Below are positions 37,774 to 47,986 of a DNA stretch of 64,000 nucleotides, in pieces (position 1 is the stretch's first letter; every line of letters starts with the position of its first letter). The stretch spans positions 46,271 through 110,270 of the IMG/VR virus record IMGVR_UViG_3300021087_000857; one strand, written 5' to 3'. Below the pieces are notes generated by a model. The model searched no databases and was not told the origin of the DNA. It saw only the letters and a program-made list of their open reading frames with translations. A program made the position numbers and the translations under genes. The stretch comes from a virus.

Positions 37774-38698
37774 TACACAATATATTCGTTAAAAAATCGC
37801 TTCCAGTAATTGTTTTCAATCTATCTTCGGTGTCAGCTTTAACAAATATATCGTGGAACTTCTCAAACAAATAAAAGTTCGCATAGATCTTTAAGCTGTC
37901 ACACATGTATTTATAGTATTCTTCACTGGTACTTCTATTGTCAGTTAATTGTGAAATGTCGAATATTGTGACACCTTTTTCTTCAATTTGAGGTAGTTTT
38001 GGGACTGATAAGAAGTCTTTAGTAAACTTACTTACGCCCTCTTCGATAGTATATTCAAGTCCATGTTCTAATGCCATATCTACTATTGCAATAGGTTTGT
38101 CCTTGATAAAATTAGAACCCCGGTCGGGATTCTGGGGGGATATTTTCTTACCCAGTTCAGATATAAACATATCGAACGATGTATCTTTATGCATATCATA
38201 ATGGAATTTTAATTTACGTATATTATCTTTATTGATAACTATAGTGCTTTCTAAGTTGGTTGCAACATTATAATCATATACATATAATTGTCTACATTGC
38301 TTTGCAAAGTATACAGGTTGGTCTGGATTGTTAACTAGTATATTACCTAAATCAACACTACCTGGTAAACAATACATAAAGTCGCTTTCCAATATAGGTT
38401 CATTTTCATTATTAGTGCAAGTGCTTAACAACTTTTCTAATGTTTGTATATAGTTGCTATCTTCTGGGCTAATATTATTACCATTCATTAACTTTGCAAA
38501 ATTAATAACTCTGGTACTGCCGCCAAAATCCATGTTCGGATTATCTTTGTATAAGTAACAACGTTGTTGTGAAATGCTATCTATATGTTGAGGGAATATA
38601 CCTGTGTTTTCAGAATAGGTTATTAAGTGTTGCAAAATACTTGATTGCCCACATATATTATTTACGTTTACGTTAAGTAAAAGATTACGGATTTGCAT
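37754..38698 (-). CDS. hypothetical protein
   Basis: 314-aa coupled ORF; no motif recognised. Confidence 0.65.
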   Translation of the reverse strand: MQIRNLLLNVNVNNICGQSSILQHLITYSENTGIFPQHIDSISQQRCYLYKDNPNMDFGGSTRVINFAKLMNGNNISPEDSNYIQTLEKLLSTCTNNENEPILESDFMYCLPGSVDLGNILVNNPDQPVYFAKQCRQLYVYDYNVATNLESTIVINKDNIRKLKFHYDMHKDTSFDMFISELGKKISPQNPDRGSNFIKDKPIAIVDMALEHGLEYTIEEGVSKFTKDFLSVPKLPQIEEKGVTIFDISQLTDNRSTSEEYYKYMCDSLKIYANFYLFEKFHDIFVKADTEDRLKTITGSDFLTNILCNETDTN

Positions 38699-39617
38699 TT
38701 AGTATTCTTGCAATTTCTACCATAGTAGCACTTAAATTAATCTCTGGATCTGCTACTTGAGTATGCTTAATCATACCTTCACGTATTGCTAATACACAAC
38801 TATCATATGTAAAATCATCTTTAGTATATAAATCTAAGTTTCTATACAACCATGTAAAGATTTCATTATATTCATCTGCTCTTGCGGCACCAACAATTAG
38901 TTTACGTGCATCTTGTATTTTGCCTTGCTTAAACAATTCTACCATTTTAACACGCCACTCAGCAGTACTACCACCTTCTTCTGGCTTAGTAAGTGCATTA
39001 TCAACAACACTCATTTGTACGGTATTAATAGTTTTACGCAAGTCTGGATAGTTAGCACGAACCATTGCATCTAATGTATCAATGTCAAATTGTACATTGT
39101 TGTCTGCACAGATTTCGCCAACTCTTACAGTAAATTCTGTTTGATCTAATTGTTCAATATGAAAACCTTGACATCTACTGTGTAATGCAGGAATAATCAT
39201 GTTAGGATAATTACAAGTTAAAATAAATCTTACGCTTGCATGATACTGTTCCATAACTCCACGTAATGCCGCTTGTCCTTCTGGAGAGATATGATCAGCC
39301 TCATCAAGTAGGATAACTTTAAAATCACCCCATGGCATAGTTTCACTGAATGCACTAATTTTCTTACGAATCATTTCAACGCCATTATCTCTACTAGCAT
39401 TGATATACAGTACATCTGCGGCTTCTACTTTAAGTTCAGCAATAAGTACCTTTGCTAGTGTAGTTTTGCCAGTACCTGGACTACCACTAAAAAGTAAATG
39501 AGGTATTCCACCATCATTAATCCAGTTTTGTACTTGCTTACGTTGTGCTTCATCTCTGAACACATACTCGCCAACATTAGTTGGTCTATACTTTTCTACC
39601 CAAAGGTCTTTTGCCAT
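38685..39617 (-). CDS. sliding-clamp loader AAA+ subunit (T4 gp44 / RFC small subunit-like)
   Basis: LWVEKYRP, GSPGTGKTT, INAS, LDEAD, TCNY, SRC. Confidence 0.92.
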   Translation of the reverse strand: MAKDLWVEKYRPTNVGEYVFRDEAQRKQVQNWINDGGIPHLLFSGSPGTGKTTLAKVLIAELKVEAADVLYINASRDNGVEMIRKKISAFSETMPWGDFKVILLDEADHISPEGQAALRGVMEQYHASVRFILTCNYPNMIIPALHSRCQGFHIEQLDQTEFTVRVGEICADNNVQFDIDTLDAMVRANYPDLRKTINTVQMSVVDNALTKPEEGGSTAEWRVKMVELFKQGKIQDARKLIVGAARADEYNEIFTWLYRNLDLYTKDDFTYDSCVLAIREGMIKHTQVADPEINLSATMVEIARILNANP

Positions 39618-39848
39618 TTAAATTACTCCGTTTTCCCAATTCTCTTGTAAATCTTCTGCATAGCGTCTACTGTGTCCATATACTGGTCTTTCTTCAGCTA
39701 ATTCCTCACCAACATACATTTTAACTACATAATGAGTTTCTTCAACAATCTCTGCTCTACGATTTTCTTTTTTAAACTGTGTTTTACTTTGTTCATTAAA
39801 CACTGCTTGAAGCTTACTTGATCTTTTACCTTTACGTCCTGTTGCCAT
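39618..39848 (-). CDS. hypothetical protein
   Basis: RBS, in operon. Confidence 0.7.
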   Translation of the reverse strand: MATGRKGKRSSKLQAVFNEQSKTQFKKENRRAEIVEETHYVVKMYVGEELAEERPVYGHSRRYAEDLQENWENGVI

Positions 39849-39849
39849 T

Positions 39850-40071
39850 TTATTTTCCTTTAAATAAATTTGGAAATGCTATATCGATTAATTCCATAAC
39901 TGCAATAATTAAAAGCACTGCCCAACCTACAGGACCAGCTACAAATAAAAATGTAAATATTTGCCATGTCTTAGCATCTTTACCAACAGTTTTCTTAGCG
40001 ACTAGCATTACAATTATAAACCATAATAGCATTATGCTTAAAATACATAATACACTAAATAATAATTCCAT
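39850..40071 (-). CDS. small membrane protein
   Basis: Two hydrophobic segments; RBS. Confidence 0.65.
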   Translation of the reverse strand: MELLFSVLCILSIMLLWFIIVMLVAKKTVGKDAKTWQIFTFLFVAGPVGWAVLLIIAVMELIDIAFPNLFKGK

Positions 40072-40082
40072 ATAACTTCCCC

Positions 40083-41048
40083 TTAAATCTTATGTGCAAA
40101 CAAACTGCTTACACTTTCTTCGTTTGATACACGCCTAATAGCTTCACCAAACATAGTTGATACACTTACTGCACGAGTCTTTTTGCAATCATGTGGACAT
40201 TTAAAATCTATACTGTCTGTGATTACAAGTTCTTCTAATACACTGTCTTCAACTTTCTGACATGCCTTGCCAGTTAATACTCCGTGTGTAATATATGCTC
40301 TAACACTTAATGCACCTTGGTCCATAATAGCCTGTGCGGCATTACACAATGTTCCGCCACTGTCAACAATATCGTCAACTAAAATAGCATGACAACCTTT
40401 AACTTCACCAATTATATTCATTACTTCGCTTACACCTGCTTTAGGTCTACGCTTGTCAACAATAGCGATGTCTCCGCCAAACATATCAGCAAAACGTCTA
40501 GCTCTTACAGTACCGCCTGCATCTGGTGATACAAAAACAGTTTCTACATCATGTACATCTTGTCCTTCTTTGTAGAATTGTTTTTTAATATCTTTTGCAA
40601 ATGCAATTCTGCTTGTTAAGTCATCTACAGGAATATCAAAGAAGCCCTGTATTTGTCCTGCATGTAAATCCATTGTAAGGATTCTATCTGCACCAGCTTC
40701 TGTAATTAAGTTTGCTACTAGTTTAGCAGTAATTGGTGTACGACTTGCACTTTTACGATCTTGTCGTGCATAACCAAAATAAGGAATAACTGCGGTAATA
40801 CGCTTGGCACTGCTACGCTTAGCCGCGTCAATCATAATCATTAATTCCATTAGGTTATCGTTTACTGGTGTACTTGTACTTTGTATAATAAAAACATCTT
40901 CACCACGGATATTTTCTAAAAATTCTACACTACTCTCACCATCCGCAAAAGTCTTAATCTCGGCAGGCACTAGAGTAGCAAAACAATGAGCGGCGATTTT
41001 CTCGGCCATTTCAATGTTACTATTTCCAGCTATAATTTTCATATGCAT
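40083..41048 (-). CDS. prs: ribose-phosphate pyrophosphokinase
   Basis: [44 protein letters not shown]. Confidence 0.97.
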   Translation of the reverse strand: MHMKIIAGNSNIEMAEKIAAHCFATLVPAEIKTFADGESSVEFLENIRGEDVFIIQSTSTPVNDNLMELMIMIDAAKRSSAKRITAVIPYFGYARQDRKSASRTPITAKLVANLITEAGADRILTMDLHAGQIQGFFDIPVDDLTSRIAFAKDIKKQFYKEGQDVHDVETVFVSPDAGGTVRARRFADMFGGDIAIVDKRRPKAGVSEVMNIIGEVKGCHAILVDDIVDSGGTLCNAAQAIMDQGALSVRAYITHGVLTGKACQKVEDSVLEELVITDSIDFKCPHDCKKTRAVSVSTMFGEAIRRVSNEESVSSLFAHKI

Positions 41049-41083
41049 TCAGAGTCCATTCTCGGTTAAAGTTTATTAGTATA

Positions 41084-41112
41084 ATAATACTATAATTTAG
41101 GTGGTTTGTCAA
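41084..41112 (-). promoter_or_regulatory. sigma70-type promoter for prs
   Basis: TTGACA-17-TATTAT on the - strand. Confidence 0.65.
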
Positions 41113-41121
41113 TAGAAATGT

Positions 41122-41514
41122 CTATAATTTTAACTTTATTAGTAATTGCATCATATCTAATACTTCACTTGGTTTGGCATAATATCCTTCTTCTATCCAT
41201 TCTTTTTTTACTGATATATCTGGACAAAGAAAACTATGATCTCCATTACCTACATTAAACGTGCAATAATTTGATAGTTTTGCAACTACTGGTAAGTGCG
41301 ACATGCCTAATCTTGGTGCTAAGTATATTCTATGATTGCCTGTTTCTAATCTAATATTTCTACTGTAAACTCCTATACCAAGTATTATGGGTTCTAGTAT
41401 GCCATTTTGCATTATATCTTCCATAAGTGCCAAATCATCATTTGGACTAGGTGTAGGACACTTCCATTGTTCTAAAAGTTTTACAGGCAGTTGCTCTACA
41501 AACGGCTCTAGCAT
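41122..41514 (-). CDS. ParB/Srx-like domain protein
   Basis: IMQNGILEPI, GNHRI, LPVV. Confidence 0.6.
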   Translation of the reverse strand: MLEPFVEQLPVKLLEQWKCPTPSPNDDLALMEDIMQNGILEPIILGIGVYSRNIRLETGNHRIYLAPRLGMSHLPVVAKLSNYCTFNVGNGDHSFLCPDISVKKEWIEEGYYAKPSEVLDMMQLLIKLKL

Positions 41515-42155
41515 TAATAGGTGTCTACGATAGCGTCTGCAATTCCGTGTTTAACTGCCTCTTCGGCTGTTAGCCACACATCTTCTGGTGGTAATAATAT
41601 TTCTTTAATTTTCTTTTCAGATAAGCCAGTACATTTTTTATAATGATTTAACATACGTTCTGATGATAATTCAAACTCTTTAACACGAGCAAATAGTTCG
41701 TGTTCTTTACCGCCTGAACCCCATGAATATTGATGTGATAAAATACTTGTGTTGTTTGTTAACACACGCTTGCCTTTAGTACCTGCCATAAATGTAAGTA
41801 CACCACATGATGCAATCATTCCTAATCCTACAGTTTTAATAGGCAATGCAGAACCTTTCATTACATCAATAAGACCAAATGCGGCGTGTACGCTACCACC
41901 TGGGCTATTAATAATAAGTGTAAGTTCTTTAGGACGCTCACTGTCTGGCAGTAAGTTCTTTTCAATAATCCAGTTTACTACTGGCTTTGTTGATTCATAT
42001 GTAAAGCCATCAGCAAAATAGTAAATACCTGATTCGTACAATACTTGTCCAGGTTGCTTTGGTGGACCCATAGGTGTTTGTGGATTTGCAGCACCTTTTT
42101 CTTCTAATGCTTGGCCCATTTCGCCAATTGCTTTTTGTAATTTTTCTAAGTTCAT
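41514..42155 (-). CDS. clpP: ClpP-family protease
   Basis: INSPGGSV, GMIASCG (Ser), SHQ (His), WLTAEEAVKHGIAD. Confidence 0.9.
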   Translation of the reverse strand: MNLEKLQKAIGEMGQALEEKGAANPQTPMGPPKQPGQVLYESGIYYFADGFTYESTKPVVNWIIEKNLLPDSERPKELTLIINSPGGSVHAAFGLIDVMKGSALPIKTVGLGMIASCGVLTFMAGTKGKRVLTNNTSILSHQYSWGSGGKEHELFARVKEFELSSERMLNHYKKCTGLSEKKIKEILLPPEDVWLTAEEAVKHGIADAIVDTY

Positions 42156-42533
42156 TTATAATCCTCTAGTTATGTCGCCTGACGGGCGTTGTGGAATTGC
42201 TTTGCCTAAAATCTGAATATTATTATCTTCCATTGGATTTTCATCAGACTCCATTAAACAATCTTTATTATCTAGCAAGTATAATTTAAGATCAGTATCT
42301 ACTTGCATTCCATTACTCCAACGTCCATGATCAACAAGGACGTACTTTCCTTTTGCAATCCAATCAATTTCTTCGCCTACACTATAAACTTTAAACCAAC
42401 GTGGTCTAACGGCAGATTCAGTTCCATCTTTTGACATGAGAATAATGCCGCCTGGTGTTGTTACTTCGTTACCAGGATTATCAATCATCTCTGCTAAGAT
42501 TTTATTACGTATTGCTTTTACTACTTTAGTCAT
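42156..42533 (-). CDS. groES: GroES-like co-chaperonin
   Basis: KAIRNKIL, mobile loop TTPGGIIL, VYSVG. Confidence 0.7.
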   Translation of the reverse strand: MTKVVKAIRNKILAEMIDNPGNEVTTPGGIILMSKDGTESAVRPRWFKVYSVGEEIDWIAKGKYVLVDHGRWSNGMQVDTDLKLYLLDNKDCLMESDENPMEDNNIQILGKAIPQRPSGDITRGL

Positions 42534-42544
42534 TTTGCCTCCGA

Positions 42545-42949
42545 CTATGTGTTAATATCTTCCATACTGCCATCACTGTACTCTACTTCAAAATATTGAG
42601 TACCGTCATCTCTAGTACGAGCTGTTCTACTTACTTCAGTAACAGCTGGTTGTTGTGTTTCTTTTGGTTGTGCTTTCTTTGGTGCAGGTTTAGGAGGTTC
42701 AACTGTAGTTTTCTTTTCTACAGGTGTTTCTTCTTCCTTAATACTTATATCTTCTTTTGCACCTGGAACATTATCTTTATAGAATTCCTTTTGTATTTTT
42801 TCTCTAGGAATTTCTACTTTACCTCTACTATCAATAATGTCTCCTCGAGCATTCATATTTAAATTACTTACTGCTCTTGTTTCTTCATTTTTTGCCGCTA
42901 AAGCTCCCATATCTAATGTACGGCCTCTAGCTGTTTTAACTGTTTTCAT
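42545..42949 (-). CDS. hypothetical phage protein
   Basis: TARGRTLDM...NMNARGD; coupled ORF. Confidence 0.7.
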   Translation of the reverse strand: MKTVKTARGRTLDMGALAAKNEETRAVSNLNMNARGDIIDSRGKVEIPREKIQKEFYKDNVPGAKEDISIKEEETPVEKKTTVEPPKPAPKKAQPKETQQPAVTEVSRTARTRDDGTQYFEVEYSDGSMEDINT

Positions 42950-43452
42950 TTTAAAAACTCCTTGATATCAAGTTCGTACTTTATACTGTCTATATGATGT
43001 ATACCCAGTAAGTACAGACAGTAACTAGCTACACTACTGCCCCTTCCTACACCTAATACAATGTTATGCTTGTCACATGTATCTACTAAGTGTAGCAAGA
43101 ATTTTAGCACAATAATCATTCCTCGTTTTTCGTATTCAACGAGTTCTGTATATACTCTATCACGTTGTTGTGCATTTGTACAACGTTCCATTAACCATTC
43201 GTGGATATTTAAATCCTTGTAACTGTCTGGCATATTCCATTTATTTAAACAATCCTCAACATATGTATCAGTTGTATTTTGTGGTTTTGCATCAATAAAT
43301 CTATCTAAATCAAATGTTTGACACCATTCGTTATATATATTTATGGGTTTTGTATCTTCAACAATTACATCTGTAACGTTATTTCCACTTAACCAACCTG
43401 TAACAATATCTTGCTCAGATACTACATATTGCTTGTTTTTATTCATCTGCAT
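42946..43452 (-). CDS. DNA polymerase III alpha (DnaE)-like fragment
   Basis: GVGRGSSVASYCLYLLGI...DSIKYELDIKEFL; ends before the PDID motif. Confidence 0.75.
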   Translation of the reverse strand: MQMNKNKQYVVSEQDIVTGWLSGNNVTDVIVEDTKPINIYNEWCQTFDLDRFIDAKPQNTTDTYVEDCLNKWNMPDSYKDLNIHEWLMERCTNAQQRDRVYTELVEYEKRGMIIVLKFLLHLVDTCDKHNIVLGVGRGSSVASYCLYLLGIHHIDSIKYELDIKEFLK

Positions 43453-43464
43453 CCCATTATTATA

Positions 43465-43764
43465 TTACTTTTCCTTGTAAAAGTCAAGTATTTCTTTAAT
43501 TGATTTATCTGGCGCCGGTCCGGTAATTTCACCAATATCTAATACAGAACCATCTTCTTTTTCATTTTTTGCATAAGTCTCAGACTGGGCTATTTGTCTC
43601 TTATGGTCTCTAATTAATTCAATAAACAAATTAATCTGGTCAACAAGTCCCTCGCCCATTTGAGCTTTATTGGCAGCTAACACTTTTTTAAGCATTTGCT
43701 TTTCAAACTCCATAGCTTCACCCATGGTTAATTCGCTAAGTGGCTTACCTTCGTAGTCAATCAT
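43465..43764 (-). CDS. hypothetical protein
   Basis: Coupled ORF. Confidence 0.65.
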   Translation of the reverse strand: MIDYEGKPLSELTMGEAMEFEKQMLKKVLAANKAQMGEGLVDQINLFIELIRDHKRQIAQSETYAKNEKEDGSVLDIGEITGPAPDKSIKEILDFYKEK

Positions 43765-44168
43765 AGATCGCCGTCTTGTCTATTTTCACTGTAGTATGCA
43801 TCAAATGATCCACCTGGATAACGTTTTTCTAGTTTGCTTACATTTTCTGCAATTACTTCGTTAGGGTCCAAGCCAAGTGCCCTACAAGAATTAACCCAAT
43901 ACCAAATAATATCGCCAAGTTCTCGTTTAGCATGAAATACAGTTTCATCGTCCATAGGTTTGCCTTGGAAGATACATTTTTTAACAATTTCTGCAAATTC
44001 GCCTCCTTCTGATGCAATTCCAATTGCACCTGTTAATAGTGTTGCTACATTAACACCGTTTCCTTCTAGCTCATACATTCTTTCTATCATAGGATGAATA
44101 TCATTAGATGCATCGCTAGTTACTTCTTCTACAAATTCTTTGTATTTGTTTAGATCAATATTTTTCAT
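43761..44168 (-). CDS. MazG-like nucleotide pyrophosphohydrolase
   Basis: SEGGEFAEIVKK, ELGDIIWY, KLEKRYP. Confidence 0.88.
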   Translation of the reverse strand: MKNIDLNKYKEFVEEVTSDASNDIHPMIERMYELEGNGVNVATLLTGAIGIASEGGEFAEIVKKCIFQGKPMDDETVFHAKRELGDIIWYWVNSCRALGLDPNEVIAENVSKLEKRYPGGSFDAYYSENRQDGDL

Positions 44169-44552
44169 TTATTCTACCTTTGGTAATTCTATTGCATTTG
44201 CGTTTGCTTCAACTTTTTCCATATCAAAGTTTACGCTCTCTCCACAACCACAACTGCTTGATGCTGATGGGTTTACTACTTCTAACATTGTTCCCATTAC
44301 GTCTTGTTTTAACTCAAGTGTGGTTCCAAATAAAAACATAATGCTAGAACTGTCAACGGCCATTTTTCTTCCGTTATCCATTATAATAACATGATCTGCT
44401 TTTTTGTCAAGTTCATTTTCTTCTTTTAATTTCCAAACATAACTGAATCCTGCACAACCGCCTCCTTTAAGGCCTAACACAGGAATTTTACCTTCGTTCG
44501 CATCGCTGATACCAGTTAGATGGTTCATTGCTTTTTCTGTGACTTTAATCAT
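44169..44552 (-). CDS. iscA: A-type Fe-S carrier (IscA/HesB)
   Basis: GGGCAGFSY, NP...CGCGES. Confidence 0.92.
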   Translation of the reverse strand: MIKVTEKAMNHLTGISDANEGKIPVLGLKGGGCAGFSYVWKLKEENELDKKADHVIIMDNGRKMAVDSSSIMFLFGTTLELKQDVMGTMLEVVNPSASSSCGCGESVNFDMEKVEANANAIELPKVE

Positions 44553-44749
44553 TACTTGCTTCCTATATAACCTGCTATGATTCCTATCAATCCAGTCAGT
44601 GCCATTTTCATTAAAGTAATAACACTTTCGTCTACTGGTCTATTTTCTTGTAATGCAACATAATAGTCGCCTACAATAATAATTCCTAATAGTGAAAGTA
44701 CACCTACTACTAACGCTACTATAATTAAGTCTTTTAAATTTTTGATCAT
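44552..44749 (-). CDS. small two-TM membrane protein
   Basis: Two hydrophobic helices. Confidence 0.65.
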   Translation of the reverse strand: MIKNLKDLIIVALVVGVLSLLGIIIVGDYYVALQENRPVDESVITLMKMALTGLIGIIAGYIGSK

Positions 44750-45273
44750 TGTTCTATCTCCAAAGCGGACAAGAGTTCTATCTCTTCTCCATTTAGGTAT
44801 TTTAAGTTAACTACTGTTATACCACCTAATACCATTGCACCAGTTTGTTCACATAACTTTTTACTAGCAGTCATGCTACCACCTGTTGCAACTAAATCGT
44901 CTGCTATTACAACTCTACTTGTATGACCCAATATACCTTCTTGCAATGTAAGTGTATCTGTTCCATATTCGAGTTCATAACTTTCTTCTAACAGCTTACC
45001 TGGGTATTTAGCACCTTTTTTGCGAATCATAACAAAAGGCACATCTAATTCTTGTGATAATGCTGCTCCTAGTACAAAACCTCTGCTTTCAATACCAACT
45101 ATATGTGTTGGCATAAACTCAACATGGTCACGTAACTCTTCTGCCATTTCTTCTACTAAACTTGTCCACAAATTACTTGCAAACAAACTGTTTATATCAT
45201 AAAAATTTACACCTTCTATAGGGTAATCTGGTACTGTTCTAATATAATCTTTTATGTTCATTATATATTCCAC
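44746..45273 (-). CDS. apt: adenine phosphoribosyltransferase
   Basis: PDYPIEGVNFYDI, GIESRGF, RKKG, YELEYG, DDLVATGGS. Confidence 0.93.
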   Translation of the reverse strand: MEYIMNIKDYIRTVPDYPIEGVNFYDINSLFASNLWTSLVEEMAEELRDHVEFMPTHIVGIESRGFVLGAALSQELDVPFVMIRKKGAKYPGKLLEESYELEYGTDTLTLQEGILGHTSRVVIADDLVATGGSMTASKKLCEQTGAMVLGGITVVNLKYLNGEEIELLSALEIEQ

Positions 45274-46175
45274 TCCTTGTTTATTTTTCCTTCACTTGGT
45301 CCATTGGCTTGTGTTATATTGGGAAGTTTTGGCGAAACTGTAAAACCTGCATGCAGTATCCATTCCATCCATAATGTATGTGCAGATGACATTACTGCTA
45401 TAGATCTACGATTAGCCATATAGCTCAATAGTAAGCTACTAAGTAATTCAATTGGATTATTTGCAAATATTTTGTTGTTGGGTTCGCTAAAGTCAAAAGC
45501 AAATATATGATCATTAACAAAAGGTACACTTGCAGCTCGTTCAGTAATAACACAATCATCTGCACTTAGACAAGTTGGACTATGAAACATATTTCCAAAA
45601 TCTACTTCATTATTAATCCAATCACGTAATTGATTTTTAAATCTTTCTTTATTTGTATTAACCCAATCTTCACCTTCAAAACGTTTGATCATTAAATCCC
45701 ATCTTAGCTTTATTACTGCAACATACTTATTAGGTGCAAGGTAAGGTTGTGCAAGTAAAAACGATTGATGTGCTGACCATACTTGCCCTACTGTTCCTTT
45801 TATTCTTTCTTTTGCAAAGTCAATATAACTTACATCTGAATTACCTTTAAGAATATCCATATAGTCAGACTTTCTATACCATAGATCTTTTGTTTGGAAA
45901 AATTGTTCCCATACAGGAAAGTATCCGTCATCATCGTATTTAAAATTTATAATATTATCCCAAATTATTTCTTGATCTTCACTCCTATATTCTTTAAACT
46001 TTTGTTTTACTTCGTCATGTGGATCTTCTTGATCTGCCCAAGTATGCCCAAACAAGTCACAATCGTATTCATCAAATAATTCAAGTATTTCATAAAAATC
46101 ATTTGTGTATTTTTCATTTTTATTAAAATGTCTTGTTTGCCCACTGACACAAATTGCTATTTTCTTTTTAGTCAA
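45261..46175 (-). CDS. hypothetical protein, possibly glycosyltransferase-like
   Basis: KIAICVSGQTR, HTW, KLRWD, NDHIF. Confidence 0.5.
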   Translation of the reverse strand: MTKKKIAICVSGQTRHFNKNEKYTNDFYEILELFDEYDCDLFGHTWADQEDPHDEVKQKFKEYRSEDQEIIWDNIINFKYDDDGYFPVWEQFFQTKDLWYRKSDYMDILKGNSDVSYIDFAKERIKGTVGQVWSAHQSFLLAQPYLAPNKYVAVIKLRWDLMIKRFEGEDWVNTNKERFKNQLRDWINNEVDFGNMFHSPTCLSADDCVITERAASVPFVNDHIFAFDFSEPNNKIFANNPIELLSSLLLSYMANRRSIAVMSSAHTLWMEWILHAGFTVSPKLPNITQANGPSEGKINKEWNI

Positions 46176-47361
46176 AACAAATCTCCGGTAAGTATTCAGT
46201 TATACTTTGCTTACGTATGCGATCTAAACTTCGTGTGTATGCTTTTGCTCTGTCCCATGCTATTGGATTATCAGGACCACTAAACATATTTTTTAATTCT
46301 TGTACTTTCCATTCTGGAAGAATATCACTTATTTGTTTATGAATATCTTCACGCATTGATTTCGGCAATACAGACGGACTTAGTATATCGGGATCATACA
46401 CATAGTTGTGATGTACCCATACTCCATGTTTATTATGGAAAAAGTCATAAAACTTTCCTAGTGTGCTATAATTCATAAAGCTCACAGTTTGTGCTACATC
46501 AAGTTCAAAGTTTTCTTCTTTTAAACGCAAGAAGTTTTTCATAACATCGTCCCATTTGGTTGGGTGTCGTATGTATTCATTGCGTTCAGCTAAATCATCA
46601 ATACTACAACTAATTTTAACTTTATCAAACTTACGCCATAACTCAATTATTTCTTCACTCATAAGAGTCATGTTAATATTGTACCATAATTTAACATCTG
46701 TTTTGCCCATTTCAACTAAACGTTCTAAGAACTTAAAATGTTGTTTAATCATAGTAGGCTCGCCGCCATTAATATAAAATGTTTTTACATCATTACAATG
46801 CTTGAATAGGTCTTCCCAAAATCCATCTCGTTCGGGCCATCTAAAACCTTGCATAGTATTGTAATTGGTTATATTAAATGGCAAGTCTGCTTGTAACTTA
46901 TCGTAATCATTACGCCATTTACTACTGCTTGCAGGGTTACAGGTTCTACATGCTACATTACAGGTATTACCTAAACGTAATTCTACAAAGTCTAATTGCA
47001 CATCTTGTATATAACCATCAGCATCAGTAACAGATTGTGCTACATCTTGTGTATAATTGGGATAGTTTTTTATCTCGCCCAGTCTTTTAGACTGCATTCC
47101 TTTATCTTCTTCATTATAGCAACGCATACATGCTTGTGGCTTTTTATTATCAAGTACTTCTAGCCTAGCCTTGCAAAAACTTTCACTGTTCATAGTATCA
47201 TGTACAGTATCTTGATTGAGATTGTAGTAGCGATGTCCATTTTCATTATTATCACGACTGCTACTAATTGCATCACGGTGATCTGCAATACAGCAATGTG
47301 TTACACCACCATGTGGGTGTGTAGCTAAATGCTGAAATAACAGTGGACAAAATGTGCTCAC
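46168..47361 (-). CDS. radical SAM protein, N-terminal twitch (#15)
   Basis: CPLLF...HCC...CMRC; CNVACRTC; NGGEP. Confidence 0.9.
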   Translation of the reverse strand: MSTFCPLLFQHLATHPHGGVTHCCIADHRDAISSSRDNNENGHRYYNLNQDTVHDTMNSESFCKARLEVLDNKKPQACMRCYNEEDKGMQSKRLGEIKNYPNYTQDVAQSVTDADGYIQDVQLDFVELRLGNTCNVACRTCNPASSSKWRNDYDKLQADLPFNITNYNTMQGFRWPERDGFWEDLFKHCNDVKTFYINGGEPTMIKQHFKFLERLVEMGKTDVKLWYNINMTLMSEEIIELWRKFDKVKISCSIDDLAERNEYIRHPTKWDDVMKNFLRLKEENFELDVAQTVSFMNYSTLGKFYDFFHNKHGVWVHHNYVYDPDILSPSVLPKSMREDIHKQISDILPEWKVQELKNMFSGPDNPIAWDRAKAYTRSLDRIRKQSITEYLPEICFD

Positions 47362-47366
47362 TGAAT

Positions 47367-47717
47367 TTATTCCTCGTCTGTAATATCTATAGGATCATCA
47401 AATCCTGGTCTATCCATAAGCCCCATGCCAGATGGGTCGCTCATATAATATGGATCGTTAAACATTGGATCGTCTTCGCTTGTTACACCTTTAATCTCTG
47501 GAACAAAATGCATAAGTGTAGATTCTACGCCCATTTGTAGAGTAGCAGTGCTACTAGCACAACCACTACAACTTCCGCTCATTTGTGTGTGTAATATTCC
47601 TGTTTCTTCATTAAAGTTTAGTATGTTTATTTGTCCACCGTGCATTGCTACGTTAGGTGCAACGTATTCTTCCATAACTTCATCTACTTGTTTAAGTATT
47701 TCTTCTTTAGTTCTCAT
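47367..47717 (-). CDS. NifU C-terminal / NfuA-type Fe-S carrier
   Basis: VAPNVAMHGG, MSGSCSGCASSTATL. Confidence 0.9.
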   Translation of the reverse strand: MRTKEEILKQVDEVMEEYVAPNVAMHGGQINILNFNEETGILHTQMSGSCSGCASSTATLQMGVESTLMHFVPEIKGVTSEDDPMFNDPYYMSDPSGMGLMDRPGFDDPIDITDEE

Positions 47718-47817
47718 AGCCTTGCTCCTTACGTGCTTTACCTACAATAAAGCCTGCTAAAAAACTTGCTGCCATTACTGAGCAGATTGCTAATAAGTGC
47801 CATATGATAAAACTCAT
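47707..47817 (-). CDS. small membrane peptide (36 aa, not in track)
   Basis: MSFIIWHLLAICSVMAASFLAGFIVGKARKEQGYEN*; AGGAG upstream. Confidence 0.5.
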   Translation of the reverse strand: MSFIIWHLLAICSVMAASFLAGFIVGKARKEQGYEN

Positions 47818-47818
47818 A

Positions 47819-47986
47819 TTATTCTCCTTGTTCTACCGCTTCTATACGGTGATGAGGATATGCCTTCGGGCGTACCTCTTTTAATTTTTCCATGTATTGT
47901 TGTGCTTCAGTTTCAGTTTCAAAACGTGCAACTGCTACCTCATCATGAATTCGAGGTGTATAAATTATTTCGTACATATTATTCAT
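47819..47986 (-). CDS. small hypothetical protein
   Basis: Likely start MNNMYE overlapping the ferredoxin stop. Confidence 0.55.
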   Translation of the reverse strand: MNNMYEIIYTPRIHDEVAVARFETETEAQQYMEKLKEVRPKAYPHHRIEAVEQGE

